Assembly (NCBI GenBank): GCA_035641315.1
Contig: DASQUK010000244.1
Span: 45,303 to 109,302 of the forward strand
Direction of reading: 5' to 3'
DNA length: 64,000 nucleotides
Source: Acidimicrobiales bacterium
GTDB taxonomy: Bacteria > Actinomycetota > Acidimicrobiia > Acidimicrobiales > VFJN01
The translations under genes were made by a program, and so were the position numbers. Positions 52,546-60,501 of this stretch are shown piece by piece (position 1 is the stretch's first letter; each line of letters starts with the position of its first letter). The notes under the pieces were generated by a model, which saw only the letters and a program-made list of their open reading frames with translations, was not told the origin of the DNA and did no database searches.

Positions 52546-53282
52546 GCGACCGACCGCAACCAGCAATGGATCAGCCGCATCGCCCGCCCAGGCGTCGACC
52601 CGACCGTGAGGGTGGAGTCCGAAAACCCCGGGTCCAAGCGGGCCCGGCTCGTCGCCGAGTTGGCCACACTCGACCGGGTCGGCCCACCCAGCGTGACCGC
52701 CGAGCTCGCCGCCGCAGGGCGCGATCTTGAGCGGCTCCGCCGAGCGCGTGAGGACCTCGACCGCGGCGCCGGCCGGTGGACCCACACCCGGCCGGCCGAG
52801 CCGCCCACCGACTCGGCAAGGCACGTCAAGAACGCCAGGCCGCCGAGCAACGTGCACGCTCGGCGATGCGGCGACGCGAACAGCGCCACTGGCGCCGCCT
52901 CGCCCGTGTCGCGGCCTCAGCGGAACACCGCGCCCACCACGACTGGACCACCCACACGGCGCCGATCGCCGAGAAACTCGACCGTGGGATCACCCGCGCC
53001 CAACACCGCGTCGCCGATCTCCAGAGTCAGGCAGCCTTCCGCGACCACTGGCTCGCCGACCACCCTGACCTTGCCGACGCGTCGAGCACGTCCAACGAGA
53101 GCTCCAACGACTCGACAACCCGATCCACGCCGCGGCTACTCGACCGGCTCGACGCCATCAGCGCGCGTGTCGCTCCGACACCCGCGAGGACGCTGGAGTG
53201 CCACGACATCTCCAAGATCCGCGAGCGCCTCGATCGGCTCGAGCGAGCTCGCGCCGTCGAGCCGCCCGGCCTGTCGCTATGA
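52546..53282 (+). pseudogene. Degenerate Arg/Glu-rich coiled-coil ORF split over two frames (possible mobile-element remnant next to tRNA-Ala)
   Basis: The frame of ORF 52357.. reads ...RARLVAELATLDRVGPPSVTAELAAAGRDLERLRRAREDLDRGAGRW. It then continues sensibly only in the frame of ORF 52776.. (KARQERQAAEQRARSAMRRREQRHW...AFRDHWLADHPDLA...IRERLDRLERA). Confidence 0.25.
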
Positions 53283-53341
53283 CACGCATGCCCTAGCGGC
53301 CGCGACGAATGCACGCTGTTGCCCGGCGCGGCTTGTGGTGG

Positions 53342-54070
53342 TCATGCCTGGCGTTCGCAGCGCCCATATACGAAGGCTTCGCGCGCGCCGCGGCGACCTG
53401 TGGTAGGCCCATCACAACGCCCGCGGACGTGCCAGCCGAGGCTGATCATTGCGCGTTCGACATGCTCGATGGCGCGACGCACGTCATCGTCGGATCTCGC
53501 CAGCGTCGGACGGTGCAGCTCGAACGTCGGCTTGACCAGCACGACCAGGTCGGCGTGCGTTTCGAGATCCAGGTCCGCAAGCTGTGGCAGGGCATCGCTG
53601 ACCGAGAGGTAGCTGAGGTCCATCGTGATCAGGCCGACGACGTCTGGAACCAGTGCCCGGTCGAGCGTGGCCAGGTTGTGGCCTTCGAGGTTGACCACTC
53701 GCGGGTCGTTGCGGAGCCGGCCGACAAGTTGGCCGACTGCGACGTCGACGGCGTAAACGCGTAGGGCGCCCCGGTCGAGCAGGGCAGACGTGAAGCCTCC
53801 CGCGCTCGCGCCGACATCAACAGCGACGCGGCCGGCGACCGGAACGTGCAGGTTGTCGAGGGCGTGAGACAGCTTGACATCACCGCGCAACCGACGCGCC
53901 GGCAGCACACGCAACGACGCATCGGCGGGAACGCGCGCTCGAGGGTTGGTGACGAAGCGCCCGTCCACAATGACCCTGGCGTCGTGGATGACGCTGGCGG
54001 CCACGTCGGGGCGGCGCTGAGCGAGTAGATCGACGAGCGCGACGAAGCGCCGTCGACGAGAAGTGGGCAC
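53342..54070 (-). CDS. TlyA-family rRNA 2'-O-methyltransferase-like protein (S4-like plus FtsJ-like domains)
   Basis: S4-like N-terminus (ARVIVDGRFVTNPRARVPADASLRV), KLSHAL, and SAM motif VAVDVGASAGGFTSALLDRGALRVYAVDV. Confidence 0.8.
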   Translation of the reverse strand: MPTSRRRRFVALVDLLAQRRPDVAASVIHDARVIVDGRFVTNPRARVPADASLRVLPARRLRGDVKLSHALDNLHVPVAGRVAVDVGASAGGFTSALLDRGALRVYAVDVAVGQLVGRLRNDPRVVNLEGHNLATLDRALVPDVVGLITMDLSYLSVSDALPQLADLDLETHADLVVLVKPTFELHRPTLARSDDDVRRAIEHVERAMISLGWHVRGRCDGPTTGRRGAREAFVYGRCERQA

Positions 54071-54246
54071 GGAAGACCTCCAGGGCTCGGACCTGAAAGG
54101 GACCGAACCCGAGGAGGCCCACGGGCACGAGGATCAGCTCAGACCTAACGGAACGGCACGGAGGCACTCTGGTCGCAGATGAACCGGTGCATCAACCTCC
54201 ATTCGCGACCACCCCGAACGCTGAGTCGGGGTCTTGGTCGATGCCG

Positions 54247-55746
54247 TCACGTGATCTTGGCGAGGTACTCGGCGACGTCGTGTTGGTGGTTGTATTTGGC
54301 CCAGCCGAGTGGCGTGCTGTGGTGGTCGGGGTCGGGGATGGTGGGGCTGGCGCCGAGGTCGATGAGGGCTCGGACGAGGTCGAGATGGCCGTGAAAGGCG
54401 GCGTCGTGGAGGGGTGTGCGGCGGTCGGTGGGGTTGAGGTTGAAGCCGATGTCGATGAGGAGGCGGACGGCGTCGATGCGATGGAGCTCGACGGCGCTGG
54501 CGACCAGGTCGGGGCAGGCGTCGATGAGCCGGGGGGCAAGGGTGGGATCGTCGGCGAGCAGCCGTCTGGCCTCGGCGGGGTCGGGGCGCATGCACGCCGC
54601 CCGGAGTTGGTCGACGGGGCTGAGCGGATGGGGCTGGGCGCCGGCGCGTTGGAGGAGGGCGGCGATCTCGGTGTTGCCGTGGAGGACGGCGAGCTGGTGG
54701 GCGGTGCGTCCTTCGAGGGTCGGGTGGTCGCAGCCGATGCCGTCGACGTCATGGACCCGCTCGAGCAGCATCCGGACTCGTGCGAGGCGGCCGGCCTTGG
54801 CGGCGCCGCGCAGCTCTTCTTCGACGAGTTCCTGGGGTGTGGGGTGGGCGAGGCCGATGCGGGCGTGCCAGACGGTGGCCGTCCCGCGGCCGAGGCCATG
54901 GTCGAGGAGGAGCTGGAGGTGGGTGTCGTCGGGTCGCCATTGGCGGTTGTAGAGGGTCTGGCTGTCGTTGGGGTCGGCGCCGGCGTCGAGCAGCAGCCGG
55001 GCCAGCTCTAGCGAGTCCCGGTGGGGCGGGCTGTTGCGGCCGCTCTCGCCCTCGCCGAATGCACCGGTCAAGGCGGTGAAGGGGTATTCGGATTCCCACA
55101 GGAAGCCGGCGTTGGGGTCGGCGCCGGCGTCGAGCAGCAGGCGGGCGACGTTGAGCGGGGAGTGGCCGGGGCGGGTGCTGTCGACGCGCGAGTAGGCCAG
55201 GTAGAGGAGGGGTTCCCAGCGGTAGGGGCCACCCTCGACGCGGGCCTGGGCGGGATCGACGGCCAGCAGGGCCTGGGCGGCGGCGACGTCCCCGACGGCG
55301 GCGGCGGTGTGGATGGTGGCCGACGCCAGCTGGGGGTGCTCGGCCAGCAGGGCCTGGGCCCGCTCTGGTCGGGCAGGGTCGTCGGCGCCGTAGGTGAGGC
55401 AGGCGAGCCGGAGGAACTCGTCGATCAGCTCGGCCTCGTTGCTGATGGGGTTGCCGACGGGTTGGAGGTGGGGGTTGCGGGTGAGGCGGTTGACGGTCTC
55501 GATGTGGGCGCGCAGCTTGGGCCAGGACGGGGATCCGTAGGAGCGGGCCAGGGTGAGCTGCATGTCGGCCCGGGTGAACCGAGTCGCCTCCGGAGAACCC
55601 GCTGCGAGGTTGGCGAAGCGGGGGTGGAACTCCCGCACCAGGTCGACGGCTCCGGGCTCGCCCTCGCGGACCAGACGCTGGAGGGTCTTGGACAGGTTGC
55701 GGAGCTGCTCGACGTTGGGGTCGCGGGGCAGCGAACGGACAGGCAC
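54247..55746 (-). CDS. Ankyrin-repeat protein (499 aa)
   Basis: Multiple ANK units, e.g. RTPLHDAAFHGHLDLVRALIDLGASP and GRTAHQLAVLHGNTEIAALLQRAGAQP. N-terminal LPRDPNVEQLRNLSKTL...LARSYGSPSWPKLRAHIE module. GTG start preceded by GGAGG. Confidence 0.8.
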   Translation of the reverse strand: MPVRSLPRDPNVEQLRNLSKTLQRLVREGEPGAVDLVREFHPRFANLAAGSPEATRFTRADMQLTLARSYGSPSWPKLRAHIETVNRLTRNPHLQPVGNPISNEAELIDEFLRLACLTYGADDPARPERAQALLAEHPQLASATIHTAAAVGDVAAAQALLAVDPAQARVEGGPYRWEPLLYLAYSRVDSTRPGHSPLNVARLLLDAGADPNAGFLWESEYPFTALTGAFGEGESGRNSPPHRDSLELARLLLDAGADPNDSQTLYNRQWRPDDTHLQLLLDHGLGRGTATVWHARIGLAHPTPQELVEEELRGAAKAGRLARVRMLLERVHDVDGIGCDHPTLEGRTAHQLAVLHGNTEIAALLQRAGAQPHPLSPVDQLRAACMRPDPAEARRLLADDPTLAPRLIDACPDLVASAVELHRIDAVRLLIDIGFNLNPTDRRTPLHDAAFHGHLDLVRALIDLGASPTIPDPDHHSTPLGWAKYNHQHDVAEYLAKIT

Positions 55747-55900
55747 GGTGGCCTCCTTCCGGTCACGCCTGCTGTCCGCATCGCCAGGCTCGAAAGGAGG
55801 TTCCGTTGTTCACGAGCTGACTCACCGGTGGGCTTGGCCCTTCGCGCGGACTGCGTGCGCCCGGTGGCGCTGCACACGACCTTAGCGGGGGGTGGCGCGT

Positions 55901-56689
55901 TCAGGAGGCGAGGTCGTAGAGGAGGCGGTAGAAGGCCTGGCGGCAGGAGTCGGGCCGCCCGCCGTAGGCGTCGAGGAAGAGATCCTCGAGGCCGGGGCCG
56001 TAGTTGCGGGTGACGGCGCGGGTGGCGACGGCGAGGTCCCACCAACGGTCGGCGACGCCGAGCTCGCCGAGGTCCACGTAGCCGGTGACCTGTCCGTCGG
56101 CGAGCAGGGCGTTGGGTGGGCAGTAGTCGCCGTGGCAGACGACCGGGTCCTCGTCGTCGGGGTGGAGTCGTTCGAGCTCCCGCAGGGCAGTGTCGAGGTC
56201 GAGGTGGCGGTGGTCGTCGTCGAAGTCCTCGGCGGGGTCGATGTGTCCGGCTGCTGCCCGGCGGCGCACGTGGTCGAGGGCGACAGGGAGCCGGAACTGG
56301 AAGGGGCAGTGCTGGGCGGGGGCGCGCTGATGGAGGCGCCGGAGCCCTTCTGCGAGCGCGACGACGATGCTGGCGGGCTCGCCCAGCGTGGTGTCGGTGG
56401 CGGGGAGGCCGGGCAGGCCGGCGGTCACCAGCCACTCGAGCGCCCCATCGGTGCCGGTGGCGACGACGCCAGGGACGGGGAGATATGGCCGGGCCCAGCG
56501 GGTGCGGGCAGCCTCCGCGGCCAGACCCGGGTAGGCGCCCGTCCGGCCGACCTTGGCGTACAGGGTGGGGCGACCGGCGTGCTCGAGCCGCCACGTGGTC
56601 TGCGCGGGGTAGCACGACACCGGCGTCCACACCCGGTGGGCGTAGGCGGCGTTCAGGGCCACCGGCGCCGCAAGCTGCGGTGTGGTCAT
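55901..56689 (-). CDS. Aminoglycoside 3'-phosphotransferase-like kinase (APH(3') family)
   Basis: VVCHGDYCPPNALL (catalytic loop), GYVDLGELGVADRWWDLAVATR and AFYRLLYDL closely follow APH(3')-II-type motifs. Start set at ATG 56689 (MTTPQL); the ORF opens at 56746. Confidence 0.85.
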   Translation of the reverse strand: MTTPQLAAPVALNAAYAHRVWTPVSCYPAQTTWRLEHAGRPTLYAKVGRTGAYPGLAAEAARTRWARPYLPVPGVVATGTDGALEWLVTAGLPGLPATDTTLGEPASIVVALAEGLRRLHQRAPAQHCPFQFRLPVALDHVRRRAAAGHIDPAEDFDDDHRHLDLDTALRELERLHPDDEDPVVCHGDYCPPNALLADGQVTGYVDLGELGVADRWWDLAVATRAVTRNYGPGLEDLFLDAYGGRPDSCRQAFYRLLYDLAS

Positions 56690-56928
56690 GGCCGTGACGG
56701 CAGTGATGCCGGGCCGGGACCGGCGGCTGAGCCCGAGGTGGGGCACGGTGTGATGTCGTCGTCGGTGCGCACTCGCTCCTCCTGTCCTGGATCCGGTGGG
56801 GGTCAGGGAAGGAAGCGGCGGGGGCGCCCGGTTGCGTCAAACCGTCATGAGCGGAGCGTAGGTCCGCAGACCCCGGCACGGCCCAAGGAGATTTCTCCTC
56901 CTCGGGCCGGTTTGGTGCGCGGACCCGT

Positions 56929-57711
56929 TCAGGTCAATTCGCTGCCCGGCCTGGCACGCTGATCTCGCAGCCAGATGGCCAGCTCGTCGTGGCCTTCGCG
57001 GCGAGCGGCGTCGAGGGGTGTGAGGCCGTCCCACACGGAGATCCAGTTGAGGGGAGCGCCGCGCCCGAGCAAGTACTGGGCTGCCGTCCGCTGGCCGCCG
57101 TGGCAGGCGCACCAGAAGGCGACGGTCAACTCGTCGGGTGGCGTGTCGCTTCCGGCGCCCCACGGGTGGGGTCCGGCTAGCCGGGATCCGGCGAAGTGGG
57201 CCTCGACATGGTTCATGAGGCCGAGCGCGGCGGCGTGCCACAGCGCGGTGTGGGCCCCGCGTTCGACCAGCCGGTGGGCGGCCTGCCACTGCCCAAAGGC
57301 GACCGCGTCGTCGAGCGGGGTGCCGCCGGCAATCACTGCTCCTGGTGCCTCGATGTCGGCACCGGCGTCAAGGAGCACATCGAGGACGTCGACGTCGTCG
57401 CTGCTCGCGGCCCAATGCAGCGGCGTCTCGGTGTGGGGCCCGGCGACGCGGGCGTCGACATCGGCACCTGCCGCCGTCAGCACCGCCGCGGTGGCGGGTC
57501 CGTTGGGGAAGTGGCCGGGCCAATCGGTCGCGACGTGCAGGAGGGTGCGCGAGCTGTGCTCCCGGCCGTCGCTATCCACGGCACGGATCCTGGCGCCGGC
57601 CAGCCCGGCGTGGTCGCGTAGCAGTTGGCGCAACGCGTCGACGTCGCCGCCACGGATGGCCTCGACCACCGCCACCGCGACAGGCTCGTCGGCCGCGAGG
57701 ATCTGCGTCAT
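56929..57711 (-). CDS. Ankyrin-repeat protein (260 aa)
   Basis: ANK units: TLLHVATDW...AAVLTAAGADVDA, ETPLHWAASSDDVDVLDVLLDAGADIEA, GTPLDDAVAFGQWQAAHRLVERGA, LTPLDAARREGHDELAIWL. Confidence 0.8.
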   Translation of the reverse strand: MTQILAADEPVAVAVVEAIRGGDVDALRQLLRDHAGLAGARIRAVDSDGREHSSRTLLHVATDWPGHFPNGPATAAVLTAAGADVDARVAGPHTETPLHWAASSDDVDVLDVLLDAGADIEAPGAVIAGGTPLDDAVAFGQWQAAHRLVERGAHTALWHAAALGLMNHVEAHFAGSRLAGPHPWGAGSDTPPDELTVAFWCACHGGQRTAAQYLLGRGAPLNWISVWDGLTPLDAARREGHDELAIWLRDQRARPGSELT

Positions 57712-57839
57712 CCCAGGTCCTCCCGGTCTTCAACTGTCGACGCGATGCCATCCGTGTGCAAGAGCGCGTCGGGCACATCCTTCGCCGAGCGGCGGAGCTG
57801 ATCGAGATCGGGTCGCTCGGGCAGCGGTCGAGTGGTCAC
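57708..57839 (-). CDS. 43-aa ORF resembling the N-terminal module of the ankyrin family (possible split or frameshifted 5' end of the 56929..57711 gene)
   Basis: Manual translation from GTG 57839: VTTRPLPERPDLDQLRRSAKDVPDALLHTDGIASTVEDREDLG. Its stop overlaps ATG 57711 (ATGA). LPERPDLDQLRRSAKD parallels LPRDPNVEQLRNLSKT of the 499-aa paralog. Confidence 0.35.
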   Translation of the reverse strand: MTTRPLPERPDLDQLRRSAKDVPDALLHTDGIASTVEDREDLG

Positions 57840-58170
57840 GCCATCTCCTCACCTGCGCCCTCCTAGTCCGCATCTGGAGGCGCAGCGAAGATGACACCTA
57901 CAGCAACACCAACTCGATGAGGAGGACTCAGTCCTTCCCGCGGAGCCGGGCACGCCCTCATCGCACGCGCAGAACGGTAATGCACCGCGCCGATGACCGA
58001 TGTTGCCCGCTCATCCGTTGGCGGTGCTCAACGGCAGCCGAGCAGTAGCGACCTGGGGGACGACTGGCCATACGCAACCGCAATCTGAGGGCCGGCGAGA
58101 TCGCCATGAGCACCGTCGACCACCGGATGCTGTCAGCCCGGGTTGACGCCCGGACGATTGTCAGCCTAGG

Positions 58171-58407
58171 TTGACACGCATGGAGAGCCTGCAGGACCTG
58201 GACGCGGCGGCCAGCAGCCGGGATCCGGCGATGGGGTTGGCGGCGGTGGCGTCGTTGCGGCAGCTAGTGGAGGAGCTGGAGGAGCTGCATGTGGACAACG
58301 CCCGGGCGTTGGGCTGGTCGTGGCAGGCGATCGCCGACGTGTTGGGTGTGACCCGCCAGTCGGTCCACAAGAAGCATCGCGTGCGTCGAGACGGGCGAGG
58401 AGGGTGA
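58171..58407 (+). CDS. Small helix-turn-helix protein
   Basis: 78 aa. C-terminal ALGWSWQAIADVLGVTRQSVHKKH looks like a sigma-70 region-4-like or LuxR-like HTH. Precedes a Clp_N protein by 6 nt. Confidence 0.6.
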   Translation: MTRMESLQDLDAAASSRDPAMGLAAVASLRQLVEELEELHVDNARALGWSWQAIADVLGVTRQSVHKKHRVRRDGRGG

Positions 58408-58413
58408 GCGGGG

Positions 58414-59007
58414 GTGTTCGACCGATGTGATGCCGACACGATGATCGTCATCGACACGGCGATCGCCGAAGCGCGGGCCCTGGGCCACAACTATGTGGGG
58501 ACCGAGCACCTTCTAGTTGCTCTCGTGCAGCATCGCGACCTGCTACCAAACCAGGTTGGACGGATGTTGCCCACCGAGGTCCAGGCCGTGCGGGCGGCAC
58601 TCGAGGCCGAGTTCGATGGCCCGCCGCGTGACGAGGAGCTTTTGGCCAGCCTCGGGATCGACCTCGAGGGGGTGCGGGCCGCGGTGCGCCGGACGTTCGG
58701 CCCCGATGCCCTCGAACGACTGGCGCGGCGGCCCGTGCGGCAACCCTGGCAGCCGTGGCGCCGCCCCCGCCGCCGGTGCATGTCGATACTCGCCAGAGGA
58801 ACGCTTCTGGCTCTCACGCCCCGCGTCAAGCGCGTGATGGAACGCGCGCTGTCGGGGGCCACGCGGCGGGGGTTGCCGGCGATAGACCCGTGTGCGCTGT
58901 TGCTGGGGATGGTGGAAGAGGAGCGCGCGCTGTCGAACCGGCTGCTCCAGGATCTCGGCGTACCGCCCGATGAGCTGCGCGCCGCCATCCTGCGGGCCGC
59001 GTCGTAG
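58414..59007 (+). CDS. Clp N-terminal (Clp_N repeat) domain protein
   Basis: ALGHNYVGTEHLLVALVQH and a second repeat VMERALSGATRRGLPAIDPCALLLGMVEE. Confidence 0.75.
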   Translation: MFDRCDADTMIVIDTAIAEARALGHNYVGTEHLLVALVQHRDLLPNQVGRMLPTEVQAVRAALEAEFDGPPRDEELLASLGIDLEGVRAAVRRTFGPDALERLARRPVRQPWQPWRRPRRRCMSILARGTLLALTPRVKRVMERALSGATRRGLPAIDPCALLLGMVEEERALSNRLLQDLGVPPDELRAAILRAAS

Positions 59008-59046
59008 CTCGATTCATACGTGACCAGAGGCGACGGCCGGTCGCGC

Positions 59047-59445
59047 TCAGGCCGGCCCGATGAGATGGCACACCCGGCCTGGGTTGCAGTCGGCCGGGTC
59101 GAGCCCGTCGGCACGGTCCACGAGGCGCCGGAGCTCACCGCGTAGGGTTCGCAGCTCGGCGATGCGCCGGTCGAGCTCGTCGGCCCGCTGCCGGAGCAAC
59201 TCGAGGACGTGACCGCACGGGGACTTGCCGTCGTCGCGCAACGCGATGATGCTGCGGATCTCGCCGAGGGTCAGCCCGATGGCTTGGGCGGCGCGGATGA
59301 ACGCGAGCCGTTCGAGCGCGGCCGTTTCGTAGTCGCGATAGCCCGACGGGGTGCGGGCCGGTGGCTCAACCAGCCCGACGCCTTCGTAGTAGCGGATCGT
59401 CTTCGCCGTCACCCCCGACCGGCTGGCCAGGTCCCCGATGCGCAC
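59047..59445 (-). CDS. Heavy-metal-responsive MerR family regulator
   Basis: GTG 59445. MRIGDLASRSGVTAKTIRYYEGVGLV HTH, a dimerisation helix, and Cys77/Cys120/Cys126 in the positions used by metal-sensing MerR proteins. Confidence 0.85.
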   Translation of the reverse strand: MRIGDLASRSGVTAKTIRYYEGVGLVEPPARTPSGYRDYETAALERLAFIRAAQAIGLTLGEIRSIIALRDDGKSPCGHVLELLRQRADELDRRIAELRTLRGELRRLVDRADGLDPADCNPGRVCHLIGPA

Positions 59446-59457
59446 CCGTGTCTCTCC

Positions 59458-59489
59458 TTGACCTTCCCGTGTACTGGAAGGTCTAGCGT
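59458..59489 (+). promoter_or_regulatory. MerR-type long-spacer promoter with dyad operator
   Basis: TTGACC (59458-63), 20-nt spacer containing GACCTTCC-cgtgtact-GGAAGGTC, then TAGCGT (59484-89). Very close to the E. coli copA/CueR promoter TTGACCTTCCCCTTGCTGGAAGGTTTAACCT as remembered. Confidence 0.75.
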
Positions 59490-59496
59490 AGTGGTC

Positions 59497-59796
59497 ATGG
59501 ACATCGAATTGCTCTACGTCCCCAACTGCCCGCACCGGGAGACCGCCCGGCACCACCTCGACGCCGCCCTCGCCGAGCAGGGTCTGGCGGCCGTCGTGCG
59601 AGAGCGCGAGGTCGCCTCGCCGGAAGACGCCGATCGGTTCGGGATGCACGGCTCGCCCACGATTCGCGTCGACGGCCGCGACCCCTTCGCCGACCCGGAC
59701 GCCCGCCCGTCGCTGTCGTGCCGGCTCTACGGCGGCGAGCACGGCGCCTCTGGCGCGCCCACCGTGGCGCAGCTCGCGGATGTCCTCGCCTCGTGA
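59497..59796 (+). CDS. Thioredoxin-fold small protein (CPH motif)
   Basis: MDIELLYVPNCPHRETARHHL...GSPTIRVDG glutaredoxin/thioredoxin-like layout. ATG is 8 nt after the -10 element, so the mRNA is probably leaderless. Confidence 0.6.
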   Translation: MDIELLYVPNCPHRETARHHLDAALAEQGLAAVVREREVASPEDADRFGMHGSPTIRVDGRDPFADPDARPSLSCRLYGGEHGASGAPTVAQLADVLAS

Positions 59797-59823
59797 CGAC
59801 ACCGGCGAGGATGGAGGTCACAG

Positions 59824-60486
59824 GTGCCGATCATCGTTGACCGCGACGAGGCGCGGCGCCTCGTCGACGCCGGGGCGCACCTTGTGGAGGTACTACCCGA
59901 GCACGAATACACCGAAGAACACCTCCCCGGAGCACTCCACCTGCCACTGAAGCGCCTCGACGCCGCCAACGCACGGGCACTCTTGGATGTCGCGCGGCCG
60001 GTGGTCGTGTACTGCTGGGACGCCTTGTGCGACATGAGCCCCCGGGCTGCGTGGAGGCTCGAACGCATCGGGTTCGGTCCGGTGTACGACTATGCGGCCG
60101 GGAAGGTCGACTGGATGGGCGCCGGCCTGCCCACCGTGCGCGCCGACACCTCGGAACGGCGAGCGATCGACGCCGCCGATCGCGATCCACCTACCTGCCG
60201 GCCCGACGACCGGCTGGCCGATATCGCCGCCCTGAAAGAACGCAGCGTCGTTGTCGCCAACGAGCACGGCATCGTGCTCGGCCGGGTGAGCCCAGGTCGG
60301 GTCGACGTCGCAGACTCGACGCCGGTCGAGGAAGTGATGGAGCCGGGACCCGCAACCGTGCGAGCCCATGAACCCCTCGCCCCGCTCCTCGAGCGCATGA
60401 CCCGCCGCGGTGTCAGCGAGGTCATCGTGGCCACACCCCAAGGAGAACTGCTCGGCATCGTCCAGCGTCCCGTGAAGCTCCCATGA
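59824..60486 (+). CDS. Rhodanese-domain plus CBS-pair protein
   Basis: Rhodanese part (EYTEEHLPGALHLP...VVVYCWDALCDMSPRAAWRLERIGF) followed by CBS-like repeats (VVVANEHGIVLGRV, VSEVIVATPQGELLGIV). Confidence 0.75.
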   Translation: MPIIVDRDEARRLVDAGAHLVEVLPEHEYTEEHLPGALHLPLKRLDAANARALLDVARPVVVYCWDALCDMSPRAAWRLERIGFGPVYDYAAGKVDWMGAGLPTVRADTSERRAIDAADRDPPTCRPDDRLADIAALKERSVVVANEHGIVLGRVSPGRVDVADSTPVEEVMEPGPATVRAHEPLAPLLERMTRRGVSEVIVATPQGELLGIVQRPVKLP

Positions 60487-60501
60487 CGCGGCCCAGCGCG
60501 C

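Noticed and set aside
54187-55011. Plus-strand ORFs (54187..55011, 55021..56013, 55892..56962) opposite the ankyrin and APH genes
   Set aside because: These are Gly/Val/Ala/Glu-rich mirror translations without motifs. The minus-strand genes have clear ANK repeats and APH catalytic motifs.
52497-58170. A bona fide integrated genomic island at tRNA-Ala with integrase and att sites
   Set aside because: No tyrosine or serine recombinase-like ORF was found in the region. No direct repeat of the tRNA-Ala 3' end could be found by eye. GC richness looks similar to the flanks. Only the weaker description 'accessory-looking cluster' is reported.
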